Both the position numbers and the translations under genes were made by a program. 40,000 bases of DNA from Fontibacillus panacisegetis (GTDB taxonomy: Bacteria; Bacillota; Bacilli; Paenibacillales; Paenibacillaceae), in NCBI RefSeq assembly GCF_900102215.1, contig NZ_FNBG01000003.1, positions 206,397 to 246,396 of the forward strand, written 5' to 3'. The notes beneath the pieces were generated by a model. It was not told the origin of the DNA. It saw nothing but the letters and a program-made list of their open reading frames with translations, and ran no database searches. Positions 8,363-18,270 of the stretch are shown one piece after another (position 1 is the stretch's first letter; each line of letters begins with the position of its first letter).

Positions 8363-11233
8363 TTATTCCCCTCCTCCAATTCCCAAACATTCCATACGAA
8401 CTGGACAAGTAGTACAATGTTTACCAGCATGTTTTGGAAACTTATTTTCCTCTATAGAAACTATCCAGTTTGCTAATTGTTCTTCCGATGAATCTTTGTG
8501 CGAAAGTGTTTTTCTCGTGTAATCAGTGTCTTTATATTGAAATTTTTCGATTACATGGGATTGAATAGTTAACCTCCACCAAGAAACAGCATCAAATAAT
8601 GTTTCAAATACTTCTACACCATCAATATCTTTCATCATAATTGATTGGGCACGGGTTTCATCTTGTTTTTTTGTAGCACTTAGAAGCCATTCATGACTAA
8701 GTTCATAATCTAATAACGGAATAGTTAGGATTCCAGAATTCAAATAGTTAGGCACATTGAAAGAAATAATTTTGTTATCATCACTAGGAAGTGTGACATC
8801 AAATTCTTCATTCTCCCCATCAATTATTCTTACTGGATACAGTCCACGCTTACTTGCATGAAATTGAAGTTGGTCTTCAACTTGACGTTCAACGGCTACC
8901 CATGTCTTAGAATCAAAAGTTGGGAACAACTCTGTTACTTGATCCTTAACACACTTTTTGGCTTCCAAAAGAAAGCGAAACAATCCATCTATCTTCTCAT
9001 CTTCTGATCTTAGGACCCTCGGATTTGGCCATTCACCTGTATATTGAGCTAAATTTGTATAAATTTTATCTAACCAAATTCCTTTTGCAACAATATTAAG
9101 TTGCCATTCAGTGCGGTAAACCATAGCCTCTGGATGCAGTAGTTCTAAACGATATCGTAGGGGACATAACCCATAATGGGCAAGCTCATTTAACTCATAC
9201 CTTTTTCTCCGTGCAGGAGGCGGAGGTGGAAAGACTGGTGGGACTTTGGCGAGTGAGATATCTAATTGATCAAAAATACTGCTAACTTCAGTAGGCTTAT
9301 TCATTAGCCTTTCAATTTCGCCAAGATAAACACTTTTTTGAAATGCACGTTCCCCATCCTTGCTAGAGTATGATAACCAAAGCTTTTCACTTGCAGAACG
9401 AATTACGGTTAAGAACATATAACGTTCTTTCATCATATGATTCTCTCGATTGTCCTCATAAAAAGGCCATGATTCAGAGTACAATACTGGAGAGTGCTGA
9501 CTGTCAACAGCTACATACAAAACTGCTGGCTTGTTAATTCCATCCAATGTTTCTGGAGTTACAATGCTTAAACGGTGATCTTCTTTACCATGATCGTCGT
9601 TATCGTTGTTGTTATCCTCGTCTTCCTCCTCCTGCTCAGTAGTACCCCGAGTCAGAGCGTGAATTGCCTCTCCAAATTCACTCGATGTGATATCTATAGA
9701 ATAATAACTCCCAAGTTCTTCGAAAACCTGTTGAATTTGTTCTAGAACTTCTTGTTCTTCACGACGCAGCCGTTTTGGTAATAATTTTTTCATTTCGGCT
9801 TGCAATAATTCAATATGAGATGCAATTGTTTTTTGCCCTCTAACAAACAACCGAACACATGCACTTTCTAGAAGTGAAACAACTTCCTTCCACCTTGCTA
9901 ATGTATGATGATCAAGTTCAAGTAAATGTAAAGGTAATCTTTTATATTGTGTTTTATGTTTCAGAATAAGTCGTTCCAAAACCGAATTCCACTGTTCCTG
10001 AGTTTCACAATCACTAAAATACTGATGTTTTACAGAGCGAAACAACGATGCTGAATCTTGCAACCGCGGCCCAAGCCAACCTGAAGCCAGAATTGTCTCC
10101 AGTTCGTCCATTGTCAACTTTAAATTTCCATTTTCCCATATACGGTACAAAGTCAATACAAAACGACCAACTGGTGTGAGTAACAACAAACGAGGTTGAA
10201 TAGACAATGTAACCGGAATTGGTTCCGAAGAACTGTCCGAATAAAATAATAGTGGGTTCATCGCTAAGTGATCTCTAAAACGATCAATAAATTCTTTAGA
10301 TCTTCTCATAACAATCACTACATCATCAGGTTTGTACGTTTTGTCTGCGAACCAAACTTGCAGTTGGTCGATACAAGCCAACATTTCCCTATCACGATTT
10401 GGATATTTTTTTATGATAATATTTGAAGTATCCCCTGCGTAGTTCACTGTATTATCAGAAAATAGATTTGATTGCAAAAAGTTTAAGTCTTCTTTTTTAC
10501 TATTGGGATCGGTCTCCAGAACTTTATTTGTAATATTCGGAACAGAACTGTAGGTGTTGCTTATTATTTCAAATCCTTTAGGTTGATTAGGATTTAAGGG
10601 AACGACAAAATATAGTTGGATTTTTTTATTCAAACAAGTTTGAACAAAAAGCTTCTGCAGTTCAGTAAAAAATGTAAATCCTTCCATTATCACAACTGAT
10701 TCTGGAGCAAATCCATTAAGCAGAAACTTCCTAGCAGCAGTTTCAAATAGCTCTCGATTTTTTGCTTTCATTTCATTATGAAATGAATTATGTATTGCAA
10801 TCAAATACCTACCCAATTCTGGATTCACAAGACAATCTAATTTTTCCTGCGGAAGAGAAGTGTATCGCAAGTCAATACCCTGAGTTGCTAAATCATAAAA
10901 AACACGCAAAAAAGAATTCGTGTCCTTATGAAATAAATCATGTAGCAATATATCGTCAGCAGCTACTTCTTTTAAAGCTCTTTTTAGAAAGGTCTTTTCC
11001 TCTCCACGTGTAGCAAACTTAACACCTTTTTCTTTCAGAACTCCTTTAAGAAAATCATTAAACAAGGCACACTTTTTATCCTCCCATATTTGAGTCCTAG
11101 GAATTAGCTCCTTACGTTCACGAGCCAATGCTTTTGTTGCAGTGACATATAAATAGGATTTACCCATAATCATCTCTTGTTTAATTAATGCATCAGATGG
11201 TCGAGAATTCTCATACGTACATAAGTAAGGCAT
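8363..11233 (-). CDS. AddB/RecB-family (PD-(D/E)xK plus 4Fe-4S) nuclease-fold protein with inactivated helicase-like N-region
   Basis: ATG 11233 is preceded by AGGAGGG. The Cys arrangement C(PLRYRLE)...C-TT-C-PVRME-C at the C-terminus equals the AddB/Cas4 Fe-S ligand pattern C-Xn-C-X2-C-X5-C. The N-terminal Walker A is degenerate (QEMIMGKS). A GF.FFTELQ-type AddB motif is present. An acidic low-complexity insert EQEEEDEDNNNDNDDHGKEDH lies at about 9580-9645. Confidence 0.75.
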   Translation of the reverse strand: MPYLCTYENSRPSDALIKQEMIMGKSYLYVTATKALARERKELIPRTQIWEDKKCALFNDFLKGVLKEKGVKFATRGEEKTFLKRALKEVAADDILLHDLFHKDTNSFLRVFYDLATQGIDLRYTSLPQEKLDCLVNPELGRYLIAIHNSFHNEMKAKNRELFETAARKFLLNGFAPESVVIMEGFTFFTELQKLFVQTCLNKKIQLYFVVPLNPNQPKGFEIISNTYSSVPNITNKVLETDPNSKKEDLNFLQSNLFSDNTVNYAGDTSNIIIKKYPNRDREMLACIDQLQVWFADKTYKPDDVVIVMRRSKEFIDRFRDHLAMNPLLFYSDSSSEPIPVTLSIQPRLLLLTPVGRFVLTLYRIWENGNLKLTMDELETILASGWLGPRLQDSASLFRSVKHQYFSDCETQEQWNSVLERLILKHKTQYKRLPLHLLELDHHTLARWKEVVSLLESACVRLFVRGQKTIASHIELLQAEMKKLLPKRLRREEQEVLEQIQQVFEELGSYYSIDITSSEFGEAIHALTRGTTEQEEEDEDNNNDNDDHGKEDHRLSIVTPETLDGINKPAVLYVAVDSQHSPVLYSESWPFYEDNRENHMMKERYMFLTVIRSASEKLWLSYSSKDGERAFQKSVYLGEIERLMNKPTEVSSIFDQLDISLAKVPPVFPPPPPARRKRYELNELAHYGLCPLRYRLELLHPEAMVYRTEWQLNIVAKGIWLDKIYTNLAQYTGEWPNPRVLRSEDEKIDGLFRFLLEAKKCVKDQVTELFPTFDSKTWVAVERQVEDQLQFHASKRGLYPVRIIDGENEEFDVTLPSDDNKIISFNVPNYLNSGILTIPLLDYELSHEWLLSATKKQDETRAQSIMMKDIDGVEVFETLFDAVSWWRLTIQSHVIEKFQYKDTDYTRKTLSHKDSSEEQLANWIVSIEENKFPKHAGKHCTTCPVRMECLGIGGGE

Positions 11234-11350
11234 TAAAGCCCTCCTACCCTTTAAATTTTTTCAAGTTTCATCTTTTTTACATTTTACCATAATTTACGCT
11301 CATAGGAAGATAGAACTACTCTTTTAGCGTACCCTTCAAACCCTTTTTTA

Positions 11351-11383
11351 GAAAAAAAAGAACACTCCCAATAGGAATGTTCT
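11351..11383 (-). terminator. Rho-independent terminator after queE
   Basis: Minus strand: AGAACATTCC-TATTG-GGAGTGTTCT (one A/C mismatch) followed by TTTTTTTT, 12 nt after the queE stop. Confidence 0.7.
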
Positions 11384-11394
11384 TTATCTTCACT

Positions 11395-12141
11395 TCAAAC
11401 CCCACGCTTATTACCCCACAACAAAGTGTGTAACTGCGGGAGAACTTTAACTTGTCTCAAATCTGAGGAAGCCATGACTTGATTAATCAACCATTCATAC
11501 TTCTCTAATAGTGCAAATGCCAATCCTTCTCTATCTAATGTCGTTACATCGCTATTACCTACCTGCAAAACCAACCTTATGTGAGGATATCGTTTATGAG
11601 CTTGTACTGCATACTGAAGATCATCTTCATCAAAAACGACTACTTTAATACATATTTCATTTGAACTATTTTTCAAGTTCTCCATAACCTCGTCTAATTT
11701 TTCCCAATCAGTTATCATTCCTGAACTTGGTGGTTTCGGGGAAATCGTCAAGTCATCAATATCTGCCATCCACTCTTGCCATCTGCTTCCTTGTGTCTCC
11801 AACCCAACTCGAATTCCTTGGTCATGAAGCAGATTCACTAAGTATCCAATATTCTTTAAGAGTGCTGGATTACCGCCAGAGATGGTTACATGCTCAAAAG
11901 TGTTTCCACCAAGAATTTTCAATTCATCCCAAATCATTTGGGCAGATAATTGTTTAATTTCATTCTTTGCAGAACCGTCCCATGTAAAGGAAGAATCACA
12001 CCATGAACAGGAATAGTCACAGCCAGCTGTTCGAACAAACATTGTTTTTTGTCCAATCACCAAACCTTCTCCCTGAACAGTTGGACCGAATATTTCCAGC
12101 ACCGGGATGGGCTTTTCCTTAGAAGTCAATCTGCCATCCAC
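11395..12141 (-). CDS. queE: 7-carboxy-7-deazaguanine synthase (radical SAM)
   Basis: LEIFGPTVQGEG...FVRTAGCDYSCSWCDS (CX3CX2C cluster) and ~245 aa match a Bacillus-type QueE. It overlaps the queD stop by 16 nt. Confidence 0.92.
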   Translation of the reverse strand: MDGRLTSKEKPIPVLEIFGPTVQGEGLVIGQKTMFVRTAGCDYSCSWCDSSFTWDGSAKNEIKQLSAQMIWDELKILGGNTFEHVTISGGNPALLKNIGYLVNLLHDQGIRVGLETQGSRWQEWMADIDDLTISPKPPSSGMITDWEKLDEVMENLKNSSNEICIKVVVFDEDDLQYAVQAHKRYPHIRLVLQVGNSDVTTLDREGLAFALLEKYEWLINQVMASSDLRQVKVLPQLHTLLWGNKRGV

Positions 12142-12617
12142 TCCCGTCTTGCTTCGGCATAGCTGGTTGGTGTTTCGAATAACCGGACAAATTCAGTTCT
12201 TGCATCCACGTCTTTTGATGAGTATTTATCAGTACTTAGCGCTGTTTCCATCTGCTCATAAAGCCAAACGACCATGTTTTCAGCAGTCGTATTCATTAAC
12301 GGCAACGTCTCATTTAGATATCTGTGGTCTAAGTATGGCTCTATTTGCTCACGCCAAATTGTTTTTATCATTCCAAAATCTATCGTCATGCCAATTTCAT
12401 TTGTATATCCACTTACTCCAAAAACAACTTTATAGGTGTGACCATGTAGATTTTTACATTTACCCTCATATGCATGCAAGTGATGCGCCGCGTCAAAAGT
12501 AAATTCTTTACTGACTAATACTCTGCGCTGATGATATTTCAACTGTTCTTGAGTAATATCCTCTTTAAACTTTTGCAATGCATCTACAATGACGAATTGC
12601 CCTGGCATTTTGTTCAT
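12126..12617 (-). CDS. queD: 6-carboxy-5,6,7,8-tetrahydropterin synthase
   Basis: [26 protein letters not shown] shows the QueD/PTPS Cys-X3-His-Gly-His signature. Confidence 0.92.
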   Translation of the reverse strand: MNKMPGQFVIVDALQKFKEDITQEQLKYHQRRVLVSKEFTFDAAHHLHAYEGKCKNLHGHTYKVVFGVSGYTNEIGMTIDFGMIKTIWREQIEPYLDHRYLNETLPLMNTTAENMVVWLYEQMETALSTDKYSSKDVDARTEFVRLFETPTSYAEARREWMAD

Positions 12618-13297
12618 AACATCTGCTCCGGATTTCTTCCTTGCAAAAATCTATCCAAACCAGCTTTTCTCAACTGGCAAGCAGGACAAGTACCACATCC
12701 ATCACCGATAATACCGTTGTAGCAAGTTAAAGTCTTTTGGCGTACAAATTCAAACGCCCCTAATTGATCTGCCATTTCCCACGTCTCTGCTTTATCAATC
12801 CACATTAACGGAGTATGAATGATAAAATTATGATCCATCGCTAAATTTAACGTCACATTTAGGGACTTGATGAAATCATCCCGGCAGTCAGGATATCCAC
12901 TAAAATCTGTCTCGCAGACGCCTGTTACAATATGTCTAGCATCTACTCCTTTAGCAAATACTGCGGCGAAACTTAAAAACAAATGATTACGTCCTTCCAC
13001 AAATGTGCTGGGAAGTTCACCATCATTATGAACAATTTGGAGGTCATTACGTGTCAGAGCATTCTGAGTTAGTTGACCGAGCAAGCTCATATCAAGTAAC
13101 GTCCACTTTACTCCAAGTTCATCGGCGATTTTTTTAGCACATTCAATTTCTAAAGCGTGCCTTTGTCCATAATTAAAGGTGATTGCTTCAACTTCGTCAA
13201 AGTGCTTCATTGCCCAAAACAAACAAGTTGTACTATCTTGACCGCCACTAAAAACTACAACGGCTTTTCTGTTTTTTTGTTCCATAATCTTACCCAC
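12614..13297 (-). CDS. queC: 7-cyano-7-deazaguanine (preQ0) synthase
   Basis: [15 protein letters not shown] is the PP-loop. The C-terminal Zn cysteines are CYNG...[11 protein letters not shown]. There is a 4-nt ATGA overlap with queD. ATG 13285 is an alternative start. Confidence 0.93.
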   Translation of the reverse strand: MGKIMEQKNRKAVVVFSGGQDSTTCLFWAMKHFDEVEAITFNYGQRHALEIECAKKIADELGVKWTLLDMSLLGQLTQNALTRNDLQIVHNDGELPSTFVEGRNHLFLSFAAVFAKGVDARHIVTGVCETDFSGYPDCRDDFIKSLNVTLNLAMDHNFIIHTPLMWIDKAETWEMADQLGAFEFVRQKTLTCYNGIIGDGCGTCPACQLRKAGLDRFLQGRNPEQML

Positions 13298-13351
13298 TTT
13301 CTCACCATTCTCCCTTAATGATAACAGATGTACTATTTTATCGAAAGTTGA

Positions 13352-16300
13352 CTATTTATCGTTGCCCACAACTAATCTAATCTCTACAACTTCAAACAAA
13401 TTAGGAAACTTCTCTTTAATCTCTTCTAACAGACGTTTACCTTGGACTGGTGGGAGGGTACTATAACCATTCTCAATGAGTAATCTAATATGTCTTTTTA
13501 TAGAAGGCCTGATTTGAGAATTGTGATTTATTCTTTCGAGTAGTTGATAAATATTCCCAACGTCTTCATAATCAAGATCATTCCGAATTACTTCAAGAAG
13601 GTTTATTTTGATCTGCTCAAGTTGAAGTTTTCTTTCAACCAGTTCTCTTAATTCATAAAAGTCTATTGATTGCCACTCATCAATTACGGAATTGAGTTCA
13701 GATTCAATCTGTGAACCCTCCATTAAGAGCTCAACACATGCAATCATTTTTAATTTAAGTTCCTTAATTGGCTTTAGAATTTCTAATTGGACTTGAAGAT
13801 TTAACAAATACTTAACTAAAGTGCGCGGAGTTAAAGCAAGACAGTTTTTTAGATTTGATACCTGCTGCACATTAGTTAGAATTTTTCTTTTCTTCTTCTC
13901 TAATTCAGACAAAGAGAACTTACCATCATCAACAATTTCTACTCCCACTTCTTCATAAGTCGCTTGCATACCACACTCAATAAGAAAATCAACTACTTCC
14001 ATTAAAGCCTGGTCAAATTGCTTTGATAATTGATCAACTTCATTGTTTAAAGCAAATAACCTATTAAATTGAATGACTAACTCTGGTTGTTCTAATTGTT
14101 GTTCCAGCAGCGTATAATTCACAAGGTCTTGTTGTCGAAGAAATATCTTTTCGTTAAAAGTACAAATTTGGTCTGCAAGTTTAATCCATTCTGATTTACA
14201 AGAACCCATTAGAAATGGAATCATCGTTAGTCTTTTTTCAATTGATTGCCTAAAGCTTTGATGAAGCAGTTCAAGATAACCACTATAGCTTTCTTTTAAG
14301 TTTGATAAGAATTCCTTCAAGGTTAGACTACCTATTGTAAAGCTTTCTAACGTTTTAGAAGGTACAAGACTTAATAACCATAGATCAAATTCTTCATTCG
14401 CTAATACATCATCATCTGGAGTCTCATAAAAATTTTCACGTAACAAATACCAATCTGAATAACATTCATCAAGCAATGACATTAATTCTTTGTTGAAGGG
14501 AGATTTTCCTTTCGCATCGGAAGTCCATGAGGATTCGCTATATATTCTGGCTTGTTGCGCCCAATTCCTCATTCCGTGCACAAATACAGGTAGCTTCAAC
14601 CCAAGAGCTAGCTCGAGAGATTCAAACCATATTTTACGAACATTTTCTGCCTGATATATCCATTTGGAGGTTTCATATTCATTCGAGATTTTTTGAAATG
14701 TATTTAATTTTTCTGAATACTTCATCGTTTGAAAGTTGGTAATTTGAATGCCAACGTAGCTACGATTTACATTTATAGAGAACTCGTCATTTTTGTCTAG
14801 TTTAATAGGATATCGTGTTCGATTAACAACTTCATTCCATTGAATAACTGAGGAGGTTCGAGATGTGAATGAGCGGTTCATATGTACCCCCTTTATAACA
14901 TCATGTACCAGAGCAGCAACTCCAGATCTAACAGGTAATAATAGTTCATCGTTTACTTCTTTTCCTTCTACCCAATCTCTGACTACCTCTTTTTCATTGA
15001 AGACAGCATTATTTTCATTTTTATACTCTATTTGAAGCGGTAGTTCTTCCCTTGTATTACCTGCTGCTATCTTGTTTAACTTAATAGATATTTGATTTTC
15101 GCTATAACCAAAGTGCTTTAACAGGGGTTCAGAAATTATCATTTGAATTGCATCCTCAGACGCATACCATTCAGATAGTGTTTTAATAAACATATCTTCA
15201 TGCTCCGCAAACATTTCCCTGCGTATAAGTGGAATAACTCTACTAACATGCTTTTTACCTTTTAGAAAGAAGCGTAAGATTTCCTTGCTATTCAGTATCA
15301 TGTAACGTAATTTACCTTTTCCTATAGGAATAGCATCGTATGTGCGTCTTAGCATGTGACTATTAAATGGGAGCAACTGAACTCCAAGATAATTTAAATT
15401 ACTATCCTTGTCGCTTTCCTCTGGCAGGATACCAGAACATTGTTTGTAGTGCGGACATTTAAGAGAGCAGTTGAATCCCTGCGTCGCTTTCAGTTGGGTA
15501 AGATAATTTGCTATATATGGTACTACTTGCTTACGATCAAGATTGAAAAAGTCTTTCCCAGACTCATCCGATAGCCATAGCTTTTTTACACGATCATTAA
15601 TAGTATCAAGATTCTGTATTCTTTGTGTGAGACTAAACCCCTTCTCTGTATCCTGAACTGCACCAGGTGTCAAACCAATGACCACATCCCAGCTCCCTTC
15701 TTCTAATGTAATAAGTTGATCAAGGATACTGGTTGCGTAAATATTAACTGATTGAACTAAATCATCAATCAACAACAAAGGACGGATTCCTCTGCTTTTT
15801 ATCTGCAAAGACATTTGTTTAAAAAGGGTTCCGATATCTTGTCCCTCGAAAAGAAAATGGTCCAACTGCCGCGAGAGATTTTGTCGAAATGCTGCGTATT
15901 CTAATGGAATATGAAGGGTTGTATTGGCGAGTAAAGTTTCAAACTGTTCCCGATGCATCACCTCTAGTGGATTTTTAATTTTTCCTCGTTTAACTTGTGA
16001 TGTAAAATCAATAATATTTTGCTCAATCACCGGCCTTAACAATAGTGCTGTTGGAACGATCTCCTCATCGGACTCCATAGCTTCCGCTAATGTTGTCCAA
16101 ACCATTTGGTTAACAAGGGTTATGGGCTTTTTAAGCAAAATCCCCCACCTGTCTTCATCAATACAAACATCTAGGGATAAATTCAGTGTTTCTAAACATT
16201 TTTTGATCAGGGTCTGAGGATTTAGTTCTGTTCGTGAGATTCGTATCACGGGTCTATCTGATACTTCCGCTACCCACTTATCTTTTAACCAACGAAGCAG

Positions 16301-16552
16301 TTCGGATTTCCCCGATCCTGTCGAACCGAATACTAAATAAACTCTGTTGCCACTAGTATCAGTTTCTTTGAGTTCTCCCAACAATTCATCTTCCGTAACC
16401 TCAGCGATTAACTGACTACCGTTATACCTATGCATTACTTGCGGAAAATGCGTTCTTCTGAAATACTCAGGTGATTGGTCATATCGCTCATCTGCAGTAC
16501 CAGCTAAAAGTTTAAGCGAATTTTTGTTGAGACAAGGAAGCATTAGTATCAC
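13352..16552 (-). CDS. Large P-loop NTPase (1066 aa), family unassigned
   Basis: Walker A is VYLVFGSTGSGKSELL near aa 75-90. A Walker-B-like segment RPLLLIDDLVQS lies near aa 265-276. There is a Cys cluster CSLKCPHYKQC, followed by about 650 aa of helical sequence without motifs I recognise. The start is ambiguous (GTG 16552 or ATG 16543). It overlaps the upstream gene by 32-41 nt. Confidence 0.8.
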   Translation of the reverse strand: MILMLPCLNKNSLKLLAGTADERYDQSPEYFRRTHFPQVMHRYNGSQLIAEVTEDELLGELKETDTSGNRVYLVFGSTGSGKSELLRWLKDKWVAEVSDRPVIRISRTELNPQTLIKKCLETLNLSLDVCIDEDRWGILLKKPITLVNQMVWTTLAEAMESDEEIVPTALLLRPVIEQNIIDFTSQVKRGKIKNPLEVMHREQFETLLANTTLHIPLEYAAFRQNLSRQLDHFLFEGQDIGTLFKQMSLQIKSRGIRPLLLIDDLVQSVNIYATSILDQLITLEEGSWDVVIGLTPGAVQDTEKGFSLTQRIQNLDTINDRVKKLWLSDESGKDFFNLDRKQVVPYIANYLTQLKATQGFNCSLKCPHYKQCSGILPEESDKDSNLNYLGVQLLPFNSHMLRRTYDAIPIGKGKLRYMILNSKEILRFFLKGKKHVSRVIPLIRREMFAEHEDMFIKTLSEWYASEDAIQMIISEPLLKHFGYSENQISIKLNKIAAGNTREELPLQIEYKNENNAVFNEKEVVRDWVEGKEVNDELLLPVRSGVAALVHDVIKGVHMNRSFTSRTSSVIQWNEVVNRTRYPIKLDKNDEFSINVNRSYVGIQITNFQTMKYSEKLNTFQKISNEYETSKWIYQAENVRKIWFESLELALGLKLPVFVHGMRNWAQQARIYSESSWTSDAKGKSPFNKELMSLLDECYSDWYLLRENFYETPDDDVLANEEFDLWLLSLVPSKTLESFTIGSLTLKEFLSNLKESYSGYLELLHQSFRQSIEKRLTMIPFLMGSCKSEWIKLADQICTFNEKIFLRQQDLVNYTLLEQQLEQPELVIQFNRLFALNNEVDQLSKQFDQALMEVVDFLIECGMQATYEEVGVEIVDDGKFSLSELEKKKRKILTNVQQVSNLKNCLALTPRTLVKYLLNLQVQLEILKPIKELKLKMIACVELLMEGSQIESELNSVIDEWQSIDFYELRELVERKLQLEQIKINLLEVIRNDLDYEDVGNIYQLLERINHNSQIRPSIKRHIRLLIENGYSTLPPVQGKRLLEEIKEKFPNLFEVVEIRLVVGNDK

Positions 16553-17288
16553 ATCTCCCCTCTACCTTAATCCAGTTCAATGTATTTTTTGGCCCATAGG
16601 ATTTATATGGAAAATCTTGCACATAACTCAATTCTATTTCCCCTGCCTCAGCTAATCCCATCAATGAAAAAATAATCCCTTTATAAATATTCCCTTCTGA
16701 TGTTAAGCATGGAATAACCGGGTGAATAAATCTTTCACAGAATAGATGTAATCCACCCTCCCATGTCTCGTTTCTTTCAATAATACTTCTCATTAATGAA
16801 AGTTGTGGAAGTGCATAAAAACCTGAGTAGACACGTCTCCCCAATCCCCAACATTCCATCATACGCTTCCATGCATTTACTTTTTCATGACCAACTACTG
16901 TCTTCATTAATTGGCTATTAACTTGGTAATGAATATTACTCACAAATAGTCTATCTGGCTTTACAAAGAACTCTTCAAAAATTGTCGTAAATAAATTATC
17001 AAGTGAATCGCTCGGCATATTATCAGAAGTTGAAATCCCCCTTAATCTCAGAAAAACTTCTTTGTTAGACCATGCTTTATTTTGTGACACATAAAATCGT
17101 GCTTTGTCTTTATATATGAATTGTAAATCTTCTAATACCGTCAAGGCACATTCGATTAAAGAGGTAATGTCACCCTCTTCCCGATACTGGAACTTTGTTT
17201 TTAACCCATTTGCATCCATTCCAGGCTTAGCTCTTAGTTCCTCATAAATTACTTCAATTTCTGGCCCGTAACACATTTGGAACAACAT
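16512..17288 (-). CDS. Hypothetical protein (258 aa), possible N-terminal winged-helix
   Basis: ATG 17288 is preceded by GGAGGGG at 5 nt. It overlaps the 3' end of the 310-aa gene by 35 nt and the 5' end of the NTPase gene. There is no catalytic motif, and the wHTH guess is weak. Confidence 0.65.
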   Translation of the reverse strand: MLFQMCYGPEIEVIYEELRAKPGMDANGLKTKFQYREEGDITSLIECALTVLEDLQFIYKDKARFYVSQNKAWSNKEVFLRLRGISTSDNMPSDSLDNLFTTIFEEFFVKPDRLFVSNIHYQVNSQLMKTVVGHEKVNAWKRMMECWGLGRRVYSGFYALPQLSLMRSIIERNETWEGGLHLFCERFIHPVIPCLTSEGNIYKGIIFSLMGLAEAGEIELSYVQDFPYKSYGPKNTLNWIKVEGRCDTNASLSQQKFA

Positions 17289-18186
17289 GTTCGCCCCTCC
17301 TCTGCTTATTTTCTAAAATATCTTTAAATGTTCTTAATAAGTGATAATAATTGTGGACTGATCTTAACTTCATATATTCTCTCGGGGAGGGAATAAAAAT
17401 CTGTTTTGCATTAATTTCACATACAGGGCATTCACAATGAAGTGGATTTTCCAATCGAGGGCTTGTGGGTTTTGCTCTGGATTCTGATAAAAAAAATGTT
17501 CTAAATGGTCTACTGTAAAATACCTGAAAGAATGCAGCGGCCATTGTTGGTCGAGTTGAATCAAATGACTTTACTCCAATATCAACCATCGCATGAAGTT
17601 GAGGAATCCCTGTTACTCCAAAGACATGAAGGTTGGCAGATCCAACAACATCTACAGCTCTCCTAATCATTTCAATCTGTTCAGTCTGATGCTTAAATAA
17701 CAAGGACCCGATCCCGAAATTTTCATACCCCATCTTAATTAACTCATATGCTGAAAACTCTATACTAGCTTGGTCATAACCTTGGATTACTCCCATTGGT
17801 TGAACAAATTTAGGAAGCTCATACTTATTAAAGAGATTTAAATATTCGTACGCATTAAATAGCGTTCTTTCTATGGCCATGTATCGTTCAGATAAAGAGG
17901 TCTTATTTAATAGGGGTTCATCAAAATGAACCATTTGAATTTTTGCCGTTGAATCGCAATCTTCCAAGATTGATAGTTGAATATCAAAAACATCTTTTAG
18001 TGGTGGCCTACTTTTTTGTTTAACATAAAAAACTGATCCACAATCTAGTATTAACTTTTTAGGTTTGTTTCTATACTTCTTTACTCCTCCTCTATTGTCT
18101 GGAATTGCACTTATTAGCACCGGACACGTAGGGAAGTAGTCACAAAAAATTGCATCACTATGTGACCAACCAATATAAAAATCCAC
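17254..18186 (-). CDS. TGT-family transglycosylase, DpdA-like (310 aa, stand-alone)
   Basis: GTG 18186 is preceded by AAGGAGG at 8 nt. TGT hallmarks: LILDCGSVFY (catalytic-Asp region), GVIQGYD, GIGSLL, HVFGVTG, SFDSTRPT, and the zinc site CECPVC...22 aa...HNYYH (CxCxxC...H). Confidence 0.8.
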   Translation of the reverse strand: MDFYIGWSHSDAIFCDYFPTCPVLISAIPDNRGGVKKYRNKPKKLILDCGSVFYVKQKSRPPLKDVFDIQLSILEDCDSTAKIQMVHFDEPLLNKTSLSERYMAIERTLFNAYEYLNLFNKYELPKFVQPMGVIQGYDQASIEFSAYELIKMGYENFGIGSLLFKHQTEQIEMIRRAVDVVGSANLHVFGVTGIPQLHAMVDIGVKSFDSTRPTMAAAFFQVFYSRPFRTFFLSESRAKPTSPRLENPLHCECPVCEINAKQIFIPSPREYMKLRSVHNYYHLLRTFKDILENKQRRGEHVVPNVLRARN

Positions 18187-18204
18187 AACACGAACCTCCT
18201 TTTC

Positions 18205-18223
18205 ATACGTGATTATACGTGAT
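18205..18223 (-). promoter_or_regulatory. Candidate promoter -10 embedded in a tandem direct repeat
   Basis: The minus strand reads ATCACGTAT-A-ATCACGTAT (two 9-mers at a 10-bp period). The TATAAT (18217-18212) is formed at the repeat junction, about 20 nt upstream of the RBS of the 310-aa gene. Confidence 0.35.
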
Positions 18224-18270
18224 ATTTTGATTTTAGCATATTTTTCTTCACATAACTACTCTAAAAAATA

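Noticed and set aside
11395-13297. queCDE as plain housekeeping tRNA-queuosine genes
   Set aside because: This remains possible but is less likely. There is no queF and no riboswitch. The genes sit at the tail of an operon led by a TGT-like gene and a giant NTPase, and they lie in an AT-rich island. It cannot be excluded without the rest of the genome.
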